Shown: positions 13,731-29,627 of the stretch, one piece after another
Numbering within the stretch: the first letter of the stretch is position 1
How the letters are laid out: the number at the start of each line of letters is the position of its first letter
Assembly (NCBI RefSeq): GCF_006345805.1
Contig: NC_042997.1
Span: 179,490,001 to 179,554,000 of the forward strand
Reading direction: 5' to 3'
Length of the DNA: 64,000 nucleotides
From: Octopus sinensis
Lineage: Eukaryota
Made by a program: the position numbers and the translations under genes
The notes under the pieces: model-generated
The model's database searches: none
Seen by the model: only the letters and a program-made list of their open reading frames with translations
What the model was told of the DNA's origin: nothing

Positions 13731-13963
13731 TTCGATTCCCAGACCGGACATTGTATGTGTGTTTTTGAGAGAAAACACCTAAAAGCTCTACGAGGCTCCG
13801 GTAGGGGTGGCAACCCCTGTGGTACTCTTTCGCCACAACTTTCTCTCACTCTCTCTTCCTGTTTCTTGAGTAACGCTGTGATAGACTGGCATCCTGTCCA
13901 GCTGGAGGGAACACATACGCCACAGAAACCGGGCCCATGAGTCTGGCTAGGCTTGAAAAGGGC
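13731..13963 (+). mobile_element. tRNA-derived SINE, family C, 5'-truncated
   Basis: TTCGATTCCCAGACCGG..GAAAACACCTAAAAGCTC..GGGCCCATGAG..CTAGGCTTGAAAAGGG; same family as 48691, 49259 and 50143. Confidence 0.85.
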
Positions 13964-14429
13964 AACGTTTACCTACGTTACATACACTCTACAATATCTA
14001 TCAATTACACAACCTATGCAACAACATTTTCTATGAAACCACCAGCGAACAATAATTCACAGCATCGACTTTACACAATAAATCAACTCAACACATACTC
14101 TTACATAATAACTGTACAATATAAGGCAATAATGATTCGTACGATTCACTTTCTACGCACTTGCAACTTGTTAATATATCAGAACACACGGAACACATAT
14201 GAATCAGAAATGCAACTAACATTGCACATGCTTCACCCAAGATAGAAAACACTAAAAGCACTAGATATAGCAAAATAAGTCTGATGAAGTACACAATGCT
14301 GCTTCCCTAAAGGACTATGAGTGGTGAACATACTTCATGAATATGTAGATGAATCTATTGATGCTATAGAAACTTCAATAAATCTGATCTGTTTAAAATA
14401 TGATGCAAAATAATAATTCTGGTTGGAGG

Positions 14430-15230
14430 TTAGTAATTTTAGGGATGGACAAATCGATTATGTTGACCCCTATGCATAATTGTTATTCATTTTATGAAAA
14501 GAAAATTTAACGTGAAAGCTTTGAAATCAGAACGTAAAATTTCTGAAAAGTGCCACTAAACATTTGATTCATTGGGCTAACGATTCTGCCAGCTTGTCGC
14601 TTTTATAATAATAATTCTCTCTACCATAGGGACAAAGCATGAAATAAGGCGGGAGGAGGACGAAGGAAGTCAATTACATCGACTCCTGTGCTCGACTTCT
14701 ACTTATCTTATTGTCTCCGGGAGGATGAAAGGCACAGTCGAGTTCGGTGGAATTTGAACTCAGAACGCAAAGCCAGAAAGAATGACGCTAAGTATTTTGT
14801 CCTGCACGCTAACACTTCTGCTTGTCTGTCGTCCCAATAGTAACAATAATAATTCTTTCCATTGCAGGCCCAAGTCCTGAAATTTTGGCGAACAGAACGA
14901 GTCGTTGAATTCAGCCCCGGTACTCGAATGATGCTATATTTTATAAGCCCAAAACTCGATGGATACTTTATTTTATCGACCCCAGTGTTCGATTGGTACT
15001 TTATTTTAACGTACTCGATTGATGAAAGGCAATGTTAACATTGGCGGAATTTGACATCAGAATGTAAAACCTGAAGAAATACCTTTGGGCTTGAAATTTA
15101 GAGAAATGGGTATAGTCGGCAAAATTAAACAGTACTTATAGAAATAGTTATACTATCGATTCCAGAATTTGACCCTGATGGGATTTCAACAGGAATCGTA
15201 AAGGGCGGTAACTGACTACATTGTTCTGCT
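14430..15230 (-). mobile_element. Train of ~5 co-oriented degenerate family-A-type SINEs
   Basis: Repeated CGACCCC..ACT..TTATTT..GATGAAAGG..GGAATTTGAAC modules separated by short (TAA)n tracts. Confidence 0.75.
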
Positions 15231-15367
15231 GCTACGATGAAGTGTTAACAGAATACAAAATTACATCTAATATGCTTTTTGTATGCATTCCACCACATTG
15301 AACCTGTCTCTGTATTCCCTCTCTCTATCCTTGTCTCTCGATATATGTGTGCATGTGTATGCGTGCG

Positions 15368-15418
<51 letters not shown>

Positions 15419-15726
15419 ATCTGGGTTTGTTAGCGCGCGTCTACATATATACATACATATCATACATACATATGTACATAATACAAACACACATGCAAAC
15501 GTACGTACATACATACATACATACATACATACATACATACATACATACATAAGCAAGAATTCGCGCGTGCTGCTTTAGATATGGCACATATTTAAGTCAA
15601 ATGTGTGAGATTGTTTCACCCACTTAGAACGAGAGGAAAAATACTATTTATTTGCAACTAGCAGCAGCTACAACAAAAGCACGACCAACAGATGTAGCAA
15701 CAGCAGCATCATCATCATTAGTTGTT

Positions 15727-15775
<49 letters not shown>

Positions 15776-18700
15776 CAGCAGCAGCAGCAGCTTGCCAGAG
15801 GAACTGGAAAAGGAACTATAAAAATATAGTTATAATTATGATCCTCATTACTGTGAATATTAGTATTTAGTTCTGAGAGTAACCTTAGCCGAGAAGATGC
15901 ATGATCGAAATTGCTCTACCTAAGACTATTCTGTTATTCTGCATATCCCGTTCGAAATTTTCCCAAGTACCTTCAATTTTTTTCAAGACCAGCGTAGATG
16001 TTTTTCTCTTGAAATCAATTATGAATGTAATGATATAAATTGTGGTTGTGACTGTGTTTACAGTGGTTCTCATTTTGCCTCTAGAACTCCAAAGTGGAAC
16101 TGAAGGAAAGGATCCGTGAGAAAAAAAAAAAAGAAACCTCATCTGATTTATAGGAATGAAGCGAAATTATATGAAACAAGCATCAGTTCTCGGTCTTGCC
16201 TGTGTTTATACAAAAGATAACAGATAATGATCTATGATTATTTTCCTCTGAAAAATAAGCCTCTATGCAGGATTTTAGCTATCTAGACCCAGAACTGTAA
16301 GCTGTAAGTTGAGACATGCATACATTTGAAAATTTGTGAAACATTGTTGGGATACTCCAACTGTGTTTTCTTGAATGACCTTGTGCACACAATCACGTGT
16401 GCGAATCACATACACATACACACACATACACACTCACAGGCGTACACACACACAAACACATACACATACGCGCACAAACAACTCATACACAAAAACACAC
16501 ACACACAGACACACATATTGTATCTCGCACGACATGGATGCAAGTGTATCCACGTATGCACATACGTCTATGGACACACTTAATCATCCACATATTCACA
16601 AATCCCAGCGGGTGTCTTAACTCCAGCATAAGAATATTATTCCTGTATCAGCGACCATATTGAATTCTGCAAAGAAGAAATTAAATAATCTCAAAGAAAA
16701 ACATGCATATTCACATTCATACAAACACACATACATACCTCCATTTTTATATATTAAGGACATTCCCAACCAAACAAACAGCAACTGCAGACATGTCTCA
16801 TATAAAGCTTACTTCTAATTTCGTAATGCTCACATGTTTATTTCACCAATTTTTTTGTTAATAGCAATTATCGACAATATTGATGTTTTCATTGTTAATA
16901 TGAAAGTCACGTCATCAAGAACTCTTTGTACTCGAGTAAATTAACGCTCCATTCCTTGCAATAACATCTGGTAGATATTCTCCAGCGCTTTTTGTTTTAC
17001 TCTAACAAAAAGAAAAAAAAGTAGTTAAATATTCTAATAATATTTGACTAATGAAAGCAGAAAAAATACCGGTAGATCATTGAAAATATGCACATGGGTC
17101 GTTGTGATGATGTTTGGTACACGGTACCTGGAAATGTTAGCATCCCTCTTTGATTCTACTTTTGAATTAGATAAAGTATATATTTGATGGGGTTATCAGA
17201 GGAGGGAAGTAAGTAACGATGATCTATTGTTGTCATGACTAAAAGACAGAAGAGATGACATGAAGGAGTAATAAAAAGGTTAATAAATATATTTAGTTAT
17301 CCACAGATAGAAAACATTGATTAAATGTTTGGAGCGACCGAGAGATTACAACATAAAAACAAGAGTCTGGAATACTCGCCCACATACATTAGATAGTTAG
17401 ATGATCGTTCTGATGAGCGAACAACTGAAATACCCGCCATCATTGATAGGGAATTACCTTGAAGTTACAGTTCTATATTTAAGAGATGAAGTTATTTTGT
17501 TTTTTACTGTAACACGAATATATGCAAAACTAAAAAGTGAGACGAGGAGAGTGACTCTACTTGGTAAAGTGATATGCTAAAAAGAACAGCGAAATTTCCC
17601 ATAAACCGAACCCGAACATCTTAAAAACAATAATGAATGCTTTGATTTATTTCAGCGTACACTAATCTCGAAAAATAAGAAGAAATGCACATGGTTTAAT
17701 TACGTTTGAAACAGGTTTACTCCATTTGGTTTCTATTGGTGTTGAATAACAACAGATATCATTAAAAGCAACGACAACAAAGGAGTCAATAAGGCAATCT
17801 CTGCGTTGTGGTTCAACCAGGAAGTAGTAGCAGCCAAATGTCCGGAAAATCGCAAAATACTATTTTAAAGGGAAGTGTATACAAAACAAGATTGACATAG
17901 CTTGATCATTCTGAATATAAGGTGATCGGAGTAAAGCCAACCTGGGGTTAAACAACAGCAATATTAGCAACAGATACGAACACAAATTATATAATTTTAA
18001 GAAATTATATTCAAAATGAATTAAAATTTTCAATAAACAATATTAAATATTCAAGAAACAATATCAAATAAATTTTTTGAAACTCCATTTTCTCCTCGTT
18101 TCCCCAATTACTTTATGTTTGAATCTTTTTGTCATTGTTGTTGGTTTAATAATTAATCAACGGTTTGCTCGTTTACGTTAAATCCGTAATGATTTTACTC
18201 TATTATTTTCGATAATAACAGATATATAATGAAAGGCGTTCCAATCATGACCAGCATATCTCGATTTTAAACAACATCGTATGCACCCATTAAATCCAAT
18301 CGAGATTTTCACATACATTCCGGTTCAATAAAATGCGAAACCTAATCAGGGCAGTGGACTGTGGGGAATTTCTAGATCACTAGACATGATACCCACATGG
18401 TATTTTTTATTTCAACTCTTTATGTTCTGAGTTCAAATCCATCGACATCAGAGCTCAGGTTTGCCTTTCGTCCATTCCTTCCAAAAAGATTAAAGTTAAT
18501 TAAGTACCAGTCCAGAGTCGCATAAAGAAGGAATTTTTAGAATGTAGGACAAAATGTACATCGGCATGTGTTCCAAATATCTGCGTACTGAGTTCAAATA
18601 CTGCGTCGCGGTTTGGTGTATGTATCCTTGGGGTAGCCGACATAATCCATTTCTCAGTTTAACACCATCACATGCTACATGGATTCCGTTAGTAGGATTC

Positions 18701-19822
18701 ACTCAGTTGTAAACATTTGGATCAGGTTTCGGTTTCAGGATAACATCGAACAATCATCTCACCTGTGTAAAATCGCCATGGGCTCTGTTCCTCCGACATT
18801 GATTAATTAATGTTTAAAAATCCAATGATTCTATAATTTCTTTTTTGTGTGTGTGAGTGCGTGTGCACTATGGTAGTGTATGGTAGTGTATGGTAGTGTA
18901 TGACATGATTGTGTGTCAGGAAAATACTATATAACTACTGTTACAAGCCGGTCGTTGCCAAATTAAATGATCATGTGCTACACCTCCATTCCTTGTTAAA
19001 ATAATCCAATGGTAATATCATTCCTTTTGAGTATGTGTTTGTGTATGTATGTGTTTGTGTATGTGTGTGTGTGTGTATGTATGTGCGTGTATGTGCGCGC
19101 GCACCCGCATGTAACTGTATGAGAGGATAAGATGGAGTGATTTGAGAAATGTGTTACTGCTGTTCCACGTCGGAGCAGCACCAGGTAGAAGTTTCCACGT
19201 TAACGACTTGTTTTCTGTTATCATAGCTACACATTGCAGGTGACAAAAAAAAAAGAAAGAAAGAAAGAAAGAGAGAAAGAAAGAAAGAAAAATATCAACA
19301 GCTAAACCTCGTTTCTCCAAAACCAGAACTAAACGGCAGTAACGTAAATAAAAAAAAAACACCAATAATAATAATAATAATAATAATAATAGTTATTCAA
19401 GTCATGTCAAGTTGAATAAAGCCGCAGGTTTATAAATTATAGAGAGCCATGGCTTTATCGGCGAGTGTCTGTTTGCTTGCGTGTTCCATATAACGGTAGT
19501 GAGGACGAGTTTGTGCACCTATGTGTGTGAGTGTGAGTCTAGGACGGGCGGGGGATCTGTGTGTGTGCACGTGTGTTTCTGTGTGTGTGTGTGTGTGTCT
19601 GTATATGTTCTTAATGTGTATTTTTATACTCTGTGGTAGATATGTGGAAATAACGCGAAACAAATAAATAAATAAATGAATATATACATAAAAAATAATA
19701 ATAAATGGATACAAGAGCAAAAGCGAACCAAGTCAAACCAGACCGACCGGAATATGATCAACAAGTAGTATTACTAGTTAGTTGTCGGATGATTCTATAA
19801 GCAGTGCATTCATCGTAAGTAT

Positions 19823-19875
<53 letters not shown>

Positions 19876-20106
19876 TATATATATATACACACATATATGT
19901 ATATATTTATATATATATGTATATATATATATTATATGTAGAAAAATACAAACTGGGACATATATATATATATGTATATATATGTGTGTATACATACATA
20001 TATATGTGTGCGTGTACGTATATAAATACGTTATATTTGCATACTAGTCATAAGTATACACACATATACACACACACTCATATACTCATGACCAGCATAT
20101 CTCGAT

Positions 20107-20363
20107 TTTTACTCTTTTACTTGTTTCAGTCATTTGACTGCGGCCATGCTGGAGCACCGCCTTTAGTCGAGCAAATCAACCCCAGGACTTTTAACCTTTT
20201 GTAAGCCTAGTACTTAGTCTATTGGTCTGTTTTGCTGAACCGTTAGAGTAAACACCGGCATCGGTTATACGTATGTATATATATTATATACGTATAAATG
20301 TATATATATATATATATGTGAGTATGCAAAACCTTAGTACATGATTTCATTATCAATATATTT

Positions 20364-20405
<42 letters not shown>

Positions 20406-20665
20406 CACTCTCTTACTTGATTCAGTCATGTGACTGTGGCCATGCTGGAGCACCGACTTCAGTCAAGCAAATCGACCCCAGGACTTATTCTTTAGAGGCC
20501 TAGTACTTATTCAATCGGTCTCTTTTGCCGAACTGGTAAGTTACGGGGACACTTGCCCATGCTGCCACGTAGACACTTGCCCAAAGTTCCACGAAGACAC
20601 TTGCCCGGGTGAACCTGGAACGATGTGGTTCGTAAGGAAGCTACTTACCACACAGCCACCCCTAC
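20107..20665 (-). mobile_element. Two CORE-type SINE family B pieces
   Basis: GTTTCAGTCATTTGACTGCGGCCATGCTGGAGCACCG 3' half appears twice; the second continues into the tRNA head. Confidence 0.85.
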
Positions 20666-20983
20666 ACCTATATGTGTGTGTGTGTGTGTGTGTGAATGTA
20701 TGTATGTATACACATACTACTAACATGTATGCTTGTATATGAACGCATATAGATGCATGAGTGCGAAACCAAATCAACGACTGCATATGTTGGGAGTGTT
20801 TATATGACACTCTATGTTTGCGTACGCGTGTGCCATCTGTATAAGTAAGTAAGTGCGCACGCAAAGAGCAAAATATCAATAAAGAAAATTCCAAGATCAT
20901 TTTAAAAACAGAAGGATATTCGCCTATACATACACAACGATTATACGTATGTATGTATGTATGTATGTATGTATGTATGTATG

Positions 20984-21014
<31 letters not shown>

Positions 21015-21199
21015 CTGTTAGTTTATATGTATATATATATTATATATAGGCTTACTGTTTAACTCATAGATTCAATTTCTTGTTCTTAGGAACTCCGAAA
21101 TATTAATCCATAGAGTAACATTCTCTTTTATCCTGTGTTAGCTATTACTTCTACCAAGTTTGAAGTTCTGTACATGTTTCTGTCCGTCGTTATGTATGT

Positions 21200-21343
<144 letters not shown>

Positions 21344-21870
21344 CATATATGCTTAAAATGTCATAGGACGACGAAAGGAACACACGGAAAAAATTGGCGT
21401 TGCAAACTAGACGGGGAGAGGCTCTGCCCTCATCGTCCAAAAATCATAAGTTTTGCCACATTCAAACACACATACACACACACACTCACTCACATACATA
21501 CACGCATGTACACACATATACATAATCGATTTGTCCTTAGGTCATTATAACTTTTTATTCTGCTCGTAGTGCAGAATAAATAAGAATATTTGCCTTATAA
21601 AAAAACAAACACTGTAAAGCACGATAATATGAACAACTTTACTAATAGTAGTAATAGTGGCAGTAGTAGTAGTAGTAGTAGTAGTAGTAGTTGTAGAAGT
21701 AGTAGTTGTAATAGTTGTTCTTGTAAATACTAAAACATACCATTACTCTTAATATGTGTTGTGTGCATATATATATATAGTATGTATGTGTATATATGTA
21801 GTATGAATGCATACGTATGCATGTATGTATGTATGTATGTATGTTTATATATATATATATATAATATATA

Positions 21871-21931
21871 ATTAATAAGAAAACGAAGAAAAACAGAAAA
21901 AACAACGCGAGGACGTGGTACATGAAATATA
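21871..21931 (-). mobile_element. Fragment of PLE-type terminal repeat 3' end next to (TA)n
   Basis: AACAACGCGAGGACGTGGTACAT matches AATAACGTGAGGACGTGGAACAT at 40920-40942. Confidence 0.6.
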
Positions 21932-21970
21932 CTCTCTCTCACACACACATATTTACGCGTGGGTATGTGT

Positions 21971-22021
<51 letters not shown>

Positions 22022-23190
22022 ATATAGGTATGAATGTGTAAGCGTGTATATATATATATATATATATACTTACAAATCTATGTATATACAAATATTTATA
22101 TACTAACAAATCTGTATATGCATGTGTGTGTGTGTGTGTATATATATATGTATATATAAATGTATAAATATCTATGTATAAATATATTTATGTATATATA
22201 CATATATATATACATGTATATATACGTATGTATATATGCATATATATGTATAAATTGTTTATATTGTCACCGACAAACTATAGTATTAATAATACATACC
22301 TGTGTATAATATATATACATACATTCACATATATAGTATACGAAATATGATACATATATATATGTATATATATATACATAGTGTGTGTGTGCATGTGTAT
22401 AGAAACACATATCATTTACAATCGTCATTATTTATCACTGATAATAACAACAATTGTTAACATTTGGTATAGAAAACCACCATGTACGGTTCCTCAGTCT
22501 GCTAGAAATGGTAACAAAATCTCCCTGAAATTACATCCAATCGGGAATAAAGAAAAAAAACGAACACACTGGATCATGATGTTCTCGTTGTAGAAAGCTA
22601 AGAAGAAATATTGAATGATCACACGGGGAAATGCCTTTGATATATTACGCAGGTATGTTTTCAATCAGGATCGATGAGAGGAGCAGTAATCAACGCTACT
22701 AAGCAAAAAATAACAAAAAAAAACAAACAAACAGCAATTAACATTCACAATAACATCAATAAATCCAATAATGATAGTGTTAATTATAGGTAATAATGAT
22801 AAAGTTGAGATCGGTATAGGTACAATAACATAAATAGTATTATCGCCAAAATATTAGGGGAGCCGTCTGAATGAGAAAGCGAAACCTACCGTGTTGGACG
22901 GTTGGGCGTTCAGTTTCATCTATTTGAAGATGTCTTGTTTGTTTTAAGCTTTATATCGCTGCCTATCTCTATGTACGTACGTGTGTATGTGTTGTTTAAG
23001 AATGTATTGTGTGTGTGTAAGTATGTGCGTGTGTGTGTGTGTGTATGGCTGTGTATGTACGTGCGTGTGTTTAGGTATATTCGTGTACATTTAGGTATGT
23101 GAGAAACTGTATGCGTACGTGTCTATGTATCTGTGTATGTACACGTGTGTGTGTATGTTGAGTTGTTATTATATGTACATACATCTATGC

Positions 23191-23224
<34 letters not shown>

Positions 23225-23258
23225 ACGTGTGTATGTGTGTAGTGTTAGTGGGCCTCTA

Positions 23259-23289
<31 letters not shown>

Positions 23290-23403
23290 AGGTGTGTTAA
23301 TGTATGCATGTGTTGGTGTTAATGTGTGCGTTTAGTTTTCTAGTTGTTCTTCTCCGGCATTTTGTGTTTTTCATAGACACCGTATATTATGCACGTATGT
23401 ATA

Positions 23404-23434
<31 letters not shown>

Positions 23435-24068
23435 GTGTGTGTGCAATATACATGCCTATGCATGCACGTGTGTGCATAGGCGGCTATTGGTGTTAACGCA
23501 GATTTACGTGTGTCTGTATGTCAGCTTGTACTGTACGTACGTGACTGTGTGTGTATGTGTGTGTTGGCGTGTTCTTTGTTGTTGTCGCTGTTGCTGCTGC
23601 TGCTGGCGGCGGCGGCGGCGGCGGTGATAGTGGTGGTTGTGGTGGAAGTAAAGTCGGTAAAGGAACGAAGGAGGTGTTTTCCATCATGTTTTCCTTGTAT
23701 TTTTATCTCTCCTTATCACTGTGTATGTACGTCTCTATGTATGTATTTACATACGTCTGTATGTATGTATATTTGAATCGATGGATAGAAGGATGGTAGC
23801 ATGTGTATGTGTTGAATGCGTATGCGTATTATTACTTATATGTATCGTATCTGAGCATGTGCGTGTGTGCAAATTATAAAGCGTACGTATATATATATAT
23901 ATTTATATGTGTGCATGTAGTAATATATATGAGTCCGTGTGTGAGTGCTTGTATGTAAGTGTGTGTTTAAATGAATGCATGTTGGGATGCTGCTGGTGCT
24001 AGTTTGTGCAGTAGCTGCTGTTGATATTGCTGCTGCTGCTGCCGTTGCTGCTGCTGCTGCTGCTACTG

Positions 24069-24100
<32 letters not shown>

Positions 24101-24474
24101 GCAACTACTACTGTGGCATGAGAGTCAAGGTTCAGCAACAGCTAGAGTTGGTTGAAAACAATCACAACAACAACAAAACAACAACAATAGCAGCAGCAAC
24201 AACAACAACAACAAGAACATTAATAAGTAATTTCTAATTCAGAGACAAGGCCAGCAATTTTTTTAGGGGAGAGGGTTAGTCGAATATATTAAATCTCGTA
24301 ACTTAACTGGCGCTGTGTGTTTTTTTTTGTTTTATTTTATTTTATCGACCCCCGGAAAGAAAGAAAAAAACGCAAACATGGACGTCAGTGAGATGTGAAC
24401 TCAGAACAACAAAAAAAAAAAAGAACCGGAAGAGTTTGTCACCGCAACGACAGAGAGGAAAAAAACCTAGTACC

Positions 24475-24640
24475 AATAATGATAATGACAACGACGATGA
24501 CGACGACGATGGTGATGATGATGATGATGGTGATGGTGATGATGATGATAATGATGATGATAATGATGATGATGATAATGACGATGACGATGGTGATGAG
24601 GATGATAATGAGGATGATGATGATGATGATGGTCATCATT
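24475..24640. repeat. (GAT/GAC/GGT)n triplet tract
   Basis: Directly visible; source of the poly-D, poly-M and poly-H ORFs. Confidence 0.97.
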
Positions 24641-25127
24641 AATATTCAAACATACATGAAACAACATCATCAACAGTAATAACAGCAAGAACAGTAACAA
24701 CAACAACAAAAAAATTACATTTCCGTCAGTACCAATGTGATTGCAACAAAGTATATATAAAACAGCTAATAGGGTGGGAATGGTGATATAGGGGTGGTGC
24801 CGCCGGTGCTTCAAAATAGTAGTCGATGTATAGTGGGCAATAATGATAGCGGCGGCGGCGGCGGCGACGATGGTGGCGGTGGTGGTGGTGGTGGTTGTTG
24901 TGGTGGTGCCGGTAAGTTTAGGTGTGGTTTGGTTGAGAGAATACAATTATTGCTATAGTGGAGGAAAGAAAAAAAAGACGTTCGTATGAGGGTTAAGGTT
25001 AAAGCAGACCGGTCTCGTATATGATTTTAATGGTTTAGCTAACTTCTCAGAGAGAAATGGACGCGCGCGCACGCATACATACATACGTACATGCAGATAC
25101 ACGTACATACACACATATGCAAGAAAG

Positions 25128-25162
<35 letters not shown>

Positions 25163-25163
<1 letters not shown>

Positions 25164-25306
25164 TTTCTTTACTACCCACAAGGGGCTAAACACAGAGAGG
25201 ACAAACAAGGACAGACAAACGGATTAAGTCGATTACATTGACCCCAGTGAACTGGTACTTAATTTATCGACCCCGAAAGGATGAAAGGTAAAGTCGACCT
25301 CGGCGG
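25163..25306 (-). mobile_element. SINE family A, 5'-truncated
   Basis: ATTTCTTTACTACCCACAAGGGG..GTCGACCTCGGCGGA; near-identical to the 39128 copy. Confidence 0.9.
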
Positions 25307-25538
25307 ATATATAGTCAATGTATCCACGCACACCAATATACACACGTAGCACAAGACATATGTACAACGTAAATTCGAAGTAACATGTGTGCTGTAAACA
25401 CACACACTCACACAACATATGCATGCATATACACCTGTGCACGTGCTTGTATGCTTATATGCACTGGCTCATATTATTGTGTATGAGTGTGTGTGTAAAT
25501 GTATGTCTGTATATAAGAATGTGTCAGTACTTGCGAGT

Positions 25539-25585
<47 letters not shown>

Positions 25586-25637
25586 GTGCGTGCGTAACAT
25601 GTACGAGCCGAAAGGTATATATATATATATATATATG

Positions 25638-25676
<39 letters not shown>

Positions 25677-25683
25677 CAGTGAA

Positions 25684-25723
<40 letters not shown>

Positions 25724-25858
25724 TTACATACATAGAGACTCACGTACATACATACATACATATATACAGAAATCCTCAAATATGAGTCCACAAACTCGTG
25801 GATGTGTATATATTACCCATGTCTGAGCGTGTATGAACACATACGTTTATATGTAATT

Positions 25859-25891
<33 letters not shown>

Positions 25892-26424
25892 TACGTATAT
25901 ATCCGTATTAGAGTGTGTGTGTAAATGTCTTAATTTATGTGAAAGTAGTTTTCCACCGTCAACTTATTCAGCCAATACTAAACTTGATTTCAGACCAGTT
26001 ACAATGGATAGTCTCTGCTGTTTCGCGTTCAAATATTGTAGTAGCTACATTAATTCTGCAGAAATACAGATGTATACAATTATATACACGAACCAAAACG
26101 CACTCACGCACGCTCAAAGCCAGCGTACAAAGTGTCTATGTACATCTATATTCGCACCAGCTTTCGCAAACATAAATAATTGGAACACACCCTTGCACGC
26201 ACGCAAATACACACATATACACATACACATGTATGTATACGTTATATATGTGATTATGTCAATGTTTACACGCATAATCCTTATAGCACACCTATATACA
26301 ATTCTATGTGTATGTACACGCATGTATACACATGTATATGTGCGCGTGGGCTTATACACATGTGTACGTATGTATAATTGAATCCTTAATTGACAGATTT
26401 TCATGCGTGTGCCACCACGCAAAT

Positions 26425-26437
26425 TATCTATCTACCC

Positions 26438-26476
<39 letters not shown>

Positions 26477-26645
26477 CATCCATCATCCATCCATCCATCT
26501 ATCCATCCATCCATCCATCCATCCATCCATCCATCCATCCATCCATCCATCTATCCATCCATCCATCTATCCATCCATCCATCCATCCATCCATCCATCC
26601 ATCCATCTATCCATCCATTTATCCATCCATCTATCTATCTACATA
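26425..26645. repeat. Compound (TATC)n/(TCCA)n microsatellite
   Basis: Directly visible. Confidence 0.98.
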
Positions 26646-26810
26646 TCAATCTCTCTGTCTGTCTGTGTTTGCATGTCTATCTATCTATTTATCTACATAG
26701 ATGTTTCCTCCTTTCTCTATATACACACACGCTTGCATATAGGTTATATATACGTAATCTTTCTCTGTGTGCTGTGCTTCTGTTTGTTTGTATGCACATG
26801 GGTGTGAGTA

Positions 26811-26881
<71 letters not shown>

Positions 26882-27426
26882 TATGTATGTGTAAATATTT
26901 AGTTTTAGAGAACTTCTGTTCAATAATACAGAACGAAACACTTGCATACGAACTATTATATATAAGTATACACGCGCTAATCCTTGTTTCATTGTTATCC
27001 CCGATTGTACAAATTTATTCTGGCCATGACCATCCTGTCTCAACATTAAGACTAGTATCGGTCCGGTTACATTATGCGAAGGTACTTTTTTTATTTTTAA
27101 ATAGCCTATAATATACGTGCATTCATACACACATACATACATATATACATACAACAGAGAGACAGACAGGCATGCATGCACGCATACATGCGTGCGTGTA
27201 TATCAGTATATACATGTGTGCATCTGTGCGAAAAGAAATATAAATTTTAATATATCTGCTAACATTTTTTATGTATACATCTATATAATATATATATATA
27301 TAATATATTATATATAATATGTATGTATATATATCATTATGAACAATTTTTCTCTCTCTCTCTCTCTATTTCTCTCTTTCCCCTTCTCTCTCTATGTATG
27401 TATGTATGTATGTATATATATATATA

Positions 27427-27476
<50 letters not shown>

Positions 27477-27715
27477 GACCATATCGTATTTTTAAGCCAC
27501 CTACCTTTGCTCTTTTGCAGTACCGCTAATGTTAAGGGGACATAAACACACCAACTCCGGTTAATAGTCGGGGGTGACAAACACACACACGCACACACAT
27601 GTGTATATATACATGTATGTATATATAGGCATTAGACACACTAGTATACATATGCATATATATATACATATGTAATGTACTAATATATATAAATACATAT
27701 ATATAATATGTATAC

Positions 27716-27784
<69 letters not shown>

Positions 27785-28604
27785 GCACACGAATAATATA
27801 CGTATGTGTGTATTTGGATGATTATATATTTCTAATCTGAAACAATCACACTCATAAGCACACACACACAAACACACACACACACACATACACACACACA
27901 CACGCAAACACACACTCCCACAAACGTACACCCATCCACACACACACACACACACACACACTCCACACACACATACACACACACTCAAAAAGCACAAACA
28001 CATAACAAGCTGACTTACAACGCGCACATGGGGCACGTAGAAACATATCGTTGTATTGATTGACAGATCGATTGGAATGTATTGTCAGCCTCCTATTGAT
28101 CTGGTAATCGGTAATAGTGCATATATAACGCATGAATGACTCTCGTCTGTTGATATTTTTTTTTCTTTACTTTTGCCTTATTTTTCGTTTTTATTTTTTT
28201 AAGGCTTTCTCTTCTTTTTCTTTTCATGTTATTTATTTTCATATGCATTTCATATATTATTACTATTTTATTGTTGTGCATTCTACACACTCATTCAAAT
28301 ATATATATATATGTATGTGTTTGAATTCGTGAATATATATATATATATACACATATGTGTGTGTGTGTGCGTGCGCGTATCTGTGAGTGTGTGCGCGTAT
28401 CTGTGAGTGTGTGAGCGTGTGTGTGTCTGCTGCATTTATGTGTGTATACATTATATATGCAATAGTGTTGTGTGTATATGCATACACATGTACATAAACA
28501 TGCATAGAACATTTGTATAATATACACTGTATATATATATATATATATAACATACATATATAAAAATATATATATAGATAGATTGATATGCATATGCCTG
28601 TGTG

Positions 28605-28672
<68 letters not shown>

Positions 28673-29305
28673 TAGATATAGATAGATATGCATATGCTGT
28701 GTGTGTATGTAGATATATATATATACATATATATATATATAATATATATATATATATTATATATATATATATATATAGATATGCATATGCCTGTGTGTGT
28801 ATGTAGATATATATATATATAAATACAGATAGTTATATGCGTGTGTATGTATATGAACATATATACACATGTGTATCTTTCTATAAACTTATATATTCGT
28901 GTATATATAAACCATATACATACATATATATTAGCACATTTGTGCGTGTACGGGGATATATGTGTGTGCATGTGTGCGTGTGTGCGTGTGTGTGCGTGTT
29001 TGTGCGTGTGTGTGTGTGTGTGTGTGTGTAATCGTAAATAGTATTACAGTGTTCTGCAATCGGCTGCTGAGAGACCTTAAGTCATACCAAATAATTCACT
29101 CTACGATATAAAAGCTGTTCACATGAGGTAAAAACGCGGAGGAAAATCCGTTGCTTAACAATTTTTACAATCCTTCTGTGCACGTGCATCCATCCATCCA
29201 TCCATCCATCCATCCATCCATCCATCCATCCATCCATCTAATCTATAAATTTATGTAACTATCTTTATTTCGTTCGTACTATATATGCAAGCAGATAAAT
29301 ATATG

Positions 29306-29307
<2 letters not shown>

Positions 29308-29365
<58 letters not shown>

Positions 29366-29366
29366 G

Positions 29367-29410
<44 letters not shown>

Positions 29411-29627
29411 ATGATGATGATGATGATGATAATGATGATGATGATGATGATGATGATAATAATAATAATAATAATAATAATAGTAATAATAATGATGATG
29501 ATAATGATATTGATCATAATAATAATAGTAATAATAATGATAATGATAATAATAATAAGAATAATAAGAATAATAATAAAAATAATAGTAATAATAATGG
29601 TGATGATCATAATAATAATAATAATAA
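29308..29627. repeat. Compound (TAA)n/(GAT)n triplet tract
   Basis: Directly visible; source of the poly-I and poly-M ORFs. Confidence 0.98.

Noticed and set aside
14280-14345. CTGATGAAGTA..TACTTCATGA as a hammerhead
   Set aside because: No GAAA after the stem and no stem I or III.
17405-17445. CTGATGAGCGAACAACTGAAATACCCGCCATC as a hammerhead
   Set aside because: Core words are present but stem II is one G-U pair and stem I pairs only 1 bp; at best a decayed relic.
21369-21443. GGACGACGA..TCATCGTCC hairpin
   Set aside because: 9-bp stem only; no ribozyme core on either strand and no second copy.
22861-22913. Near-hammerhead CTGAATGAG-AAAG-CGAAAC with a 7-bp flanking stem
   Set aside because: The core has an inserted base, the register of stem I conflicts with C3, and there is no valid NUH junction.
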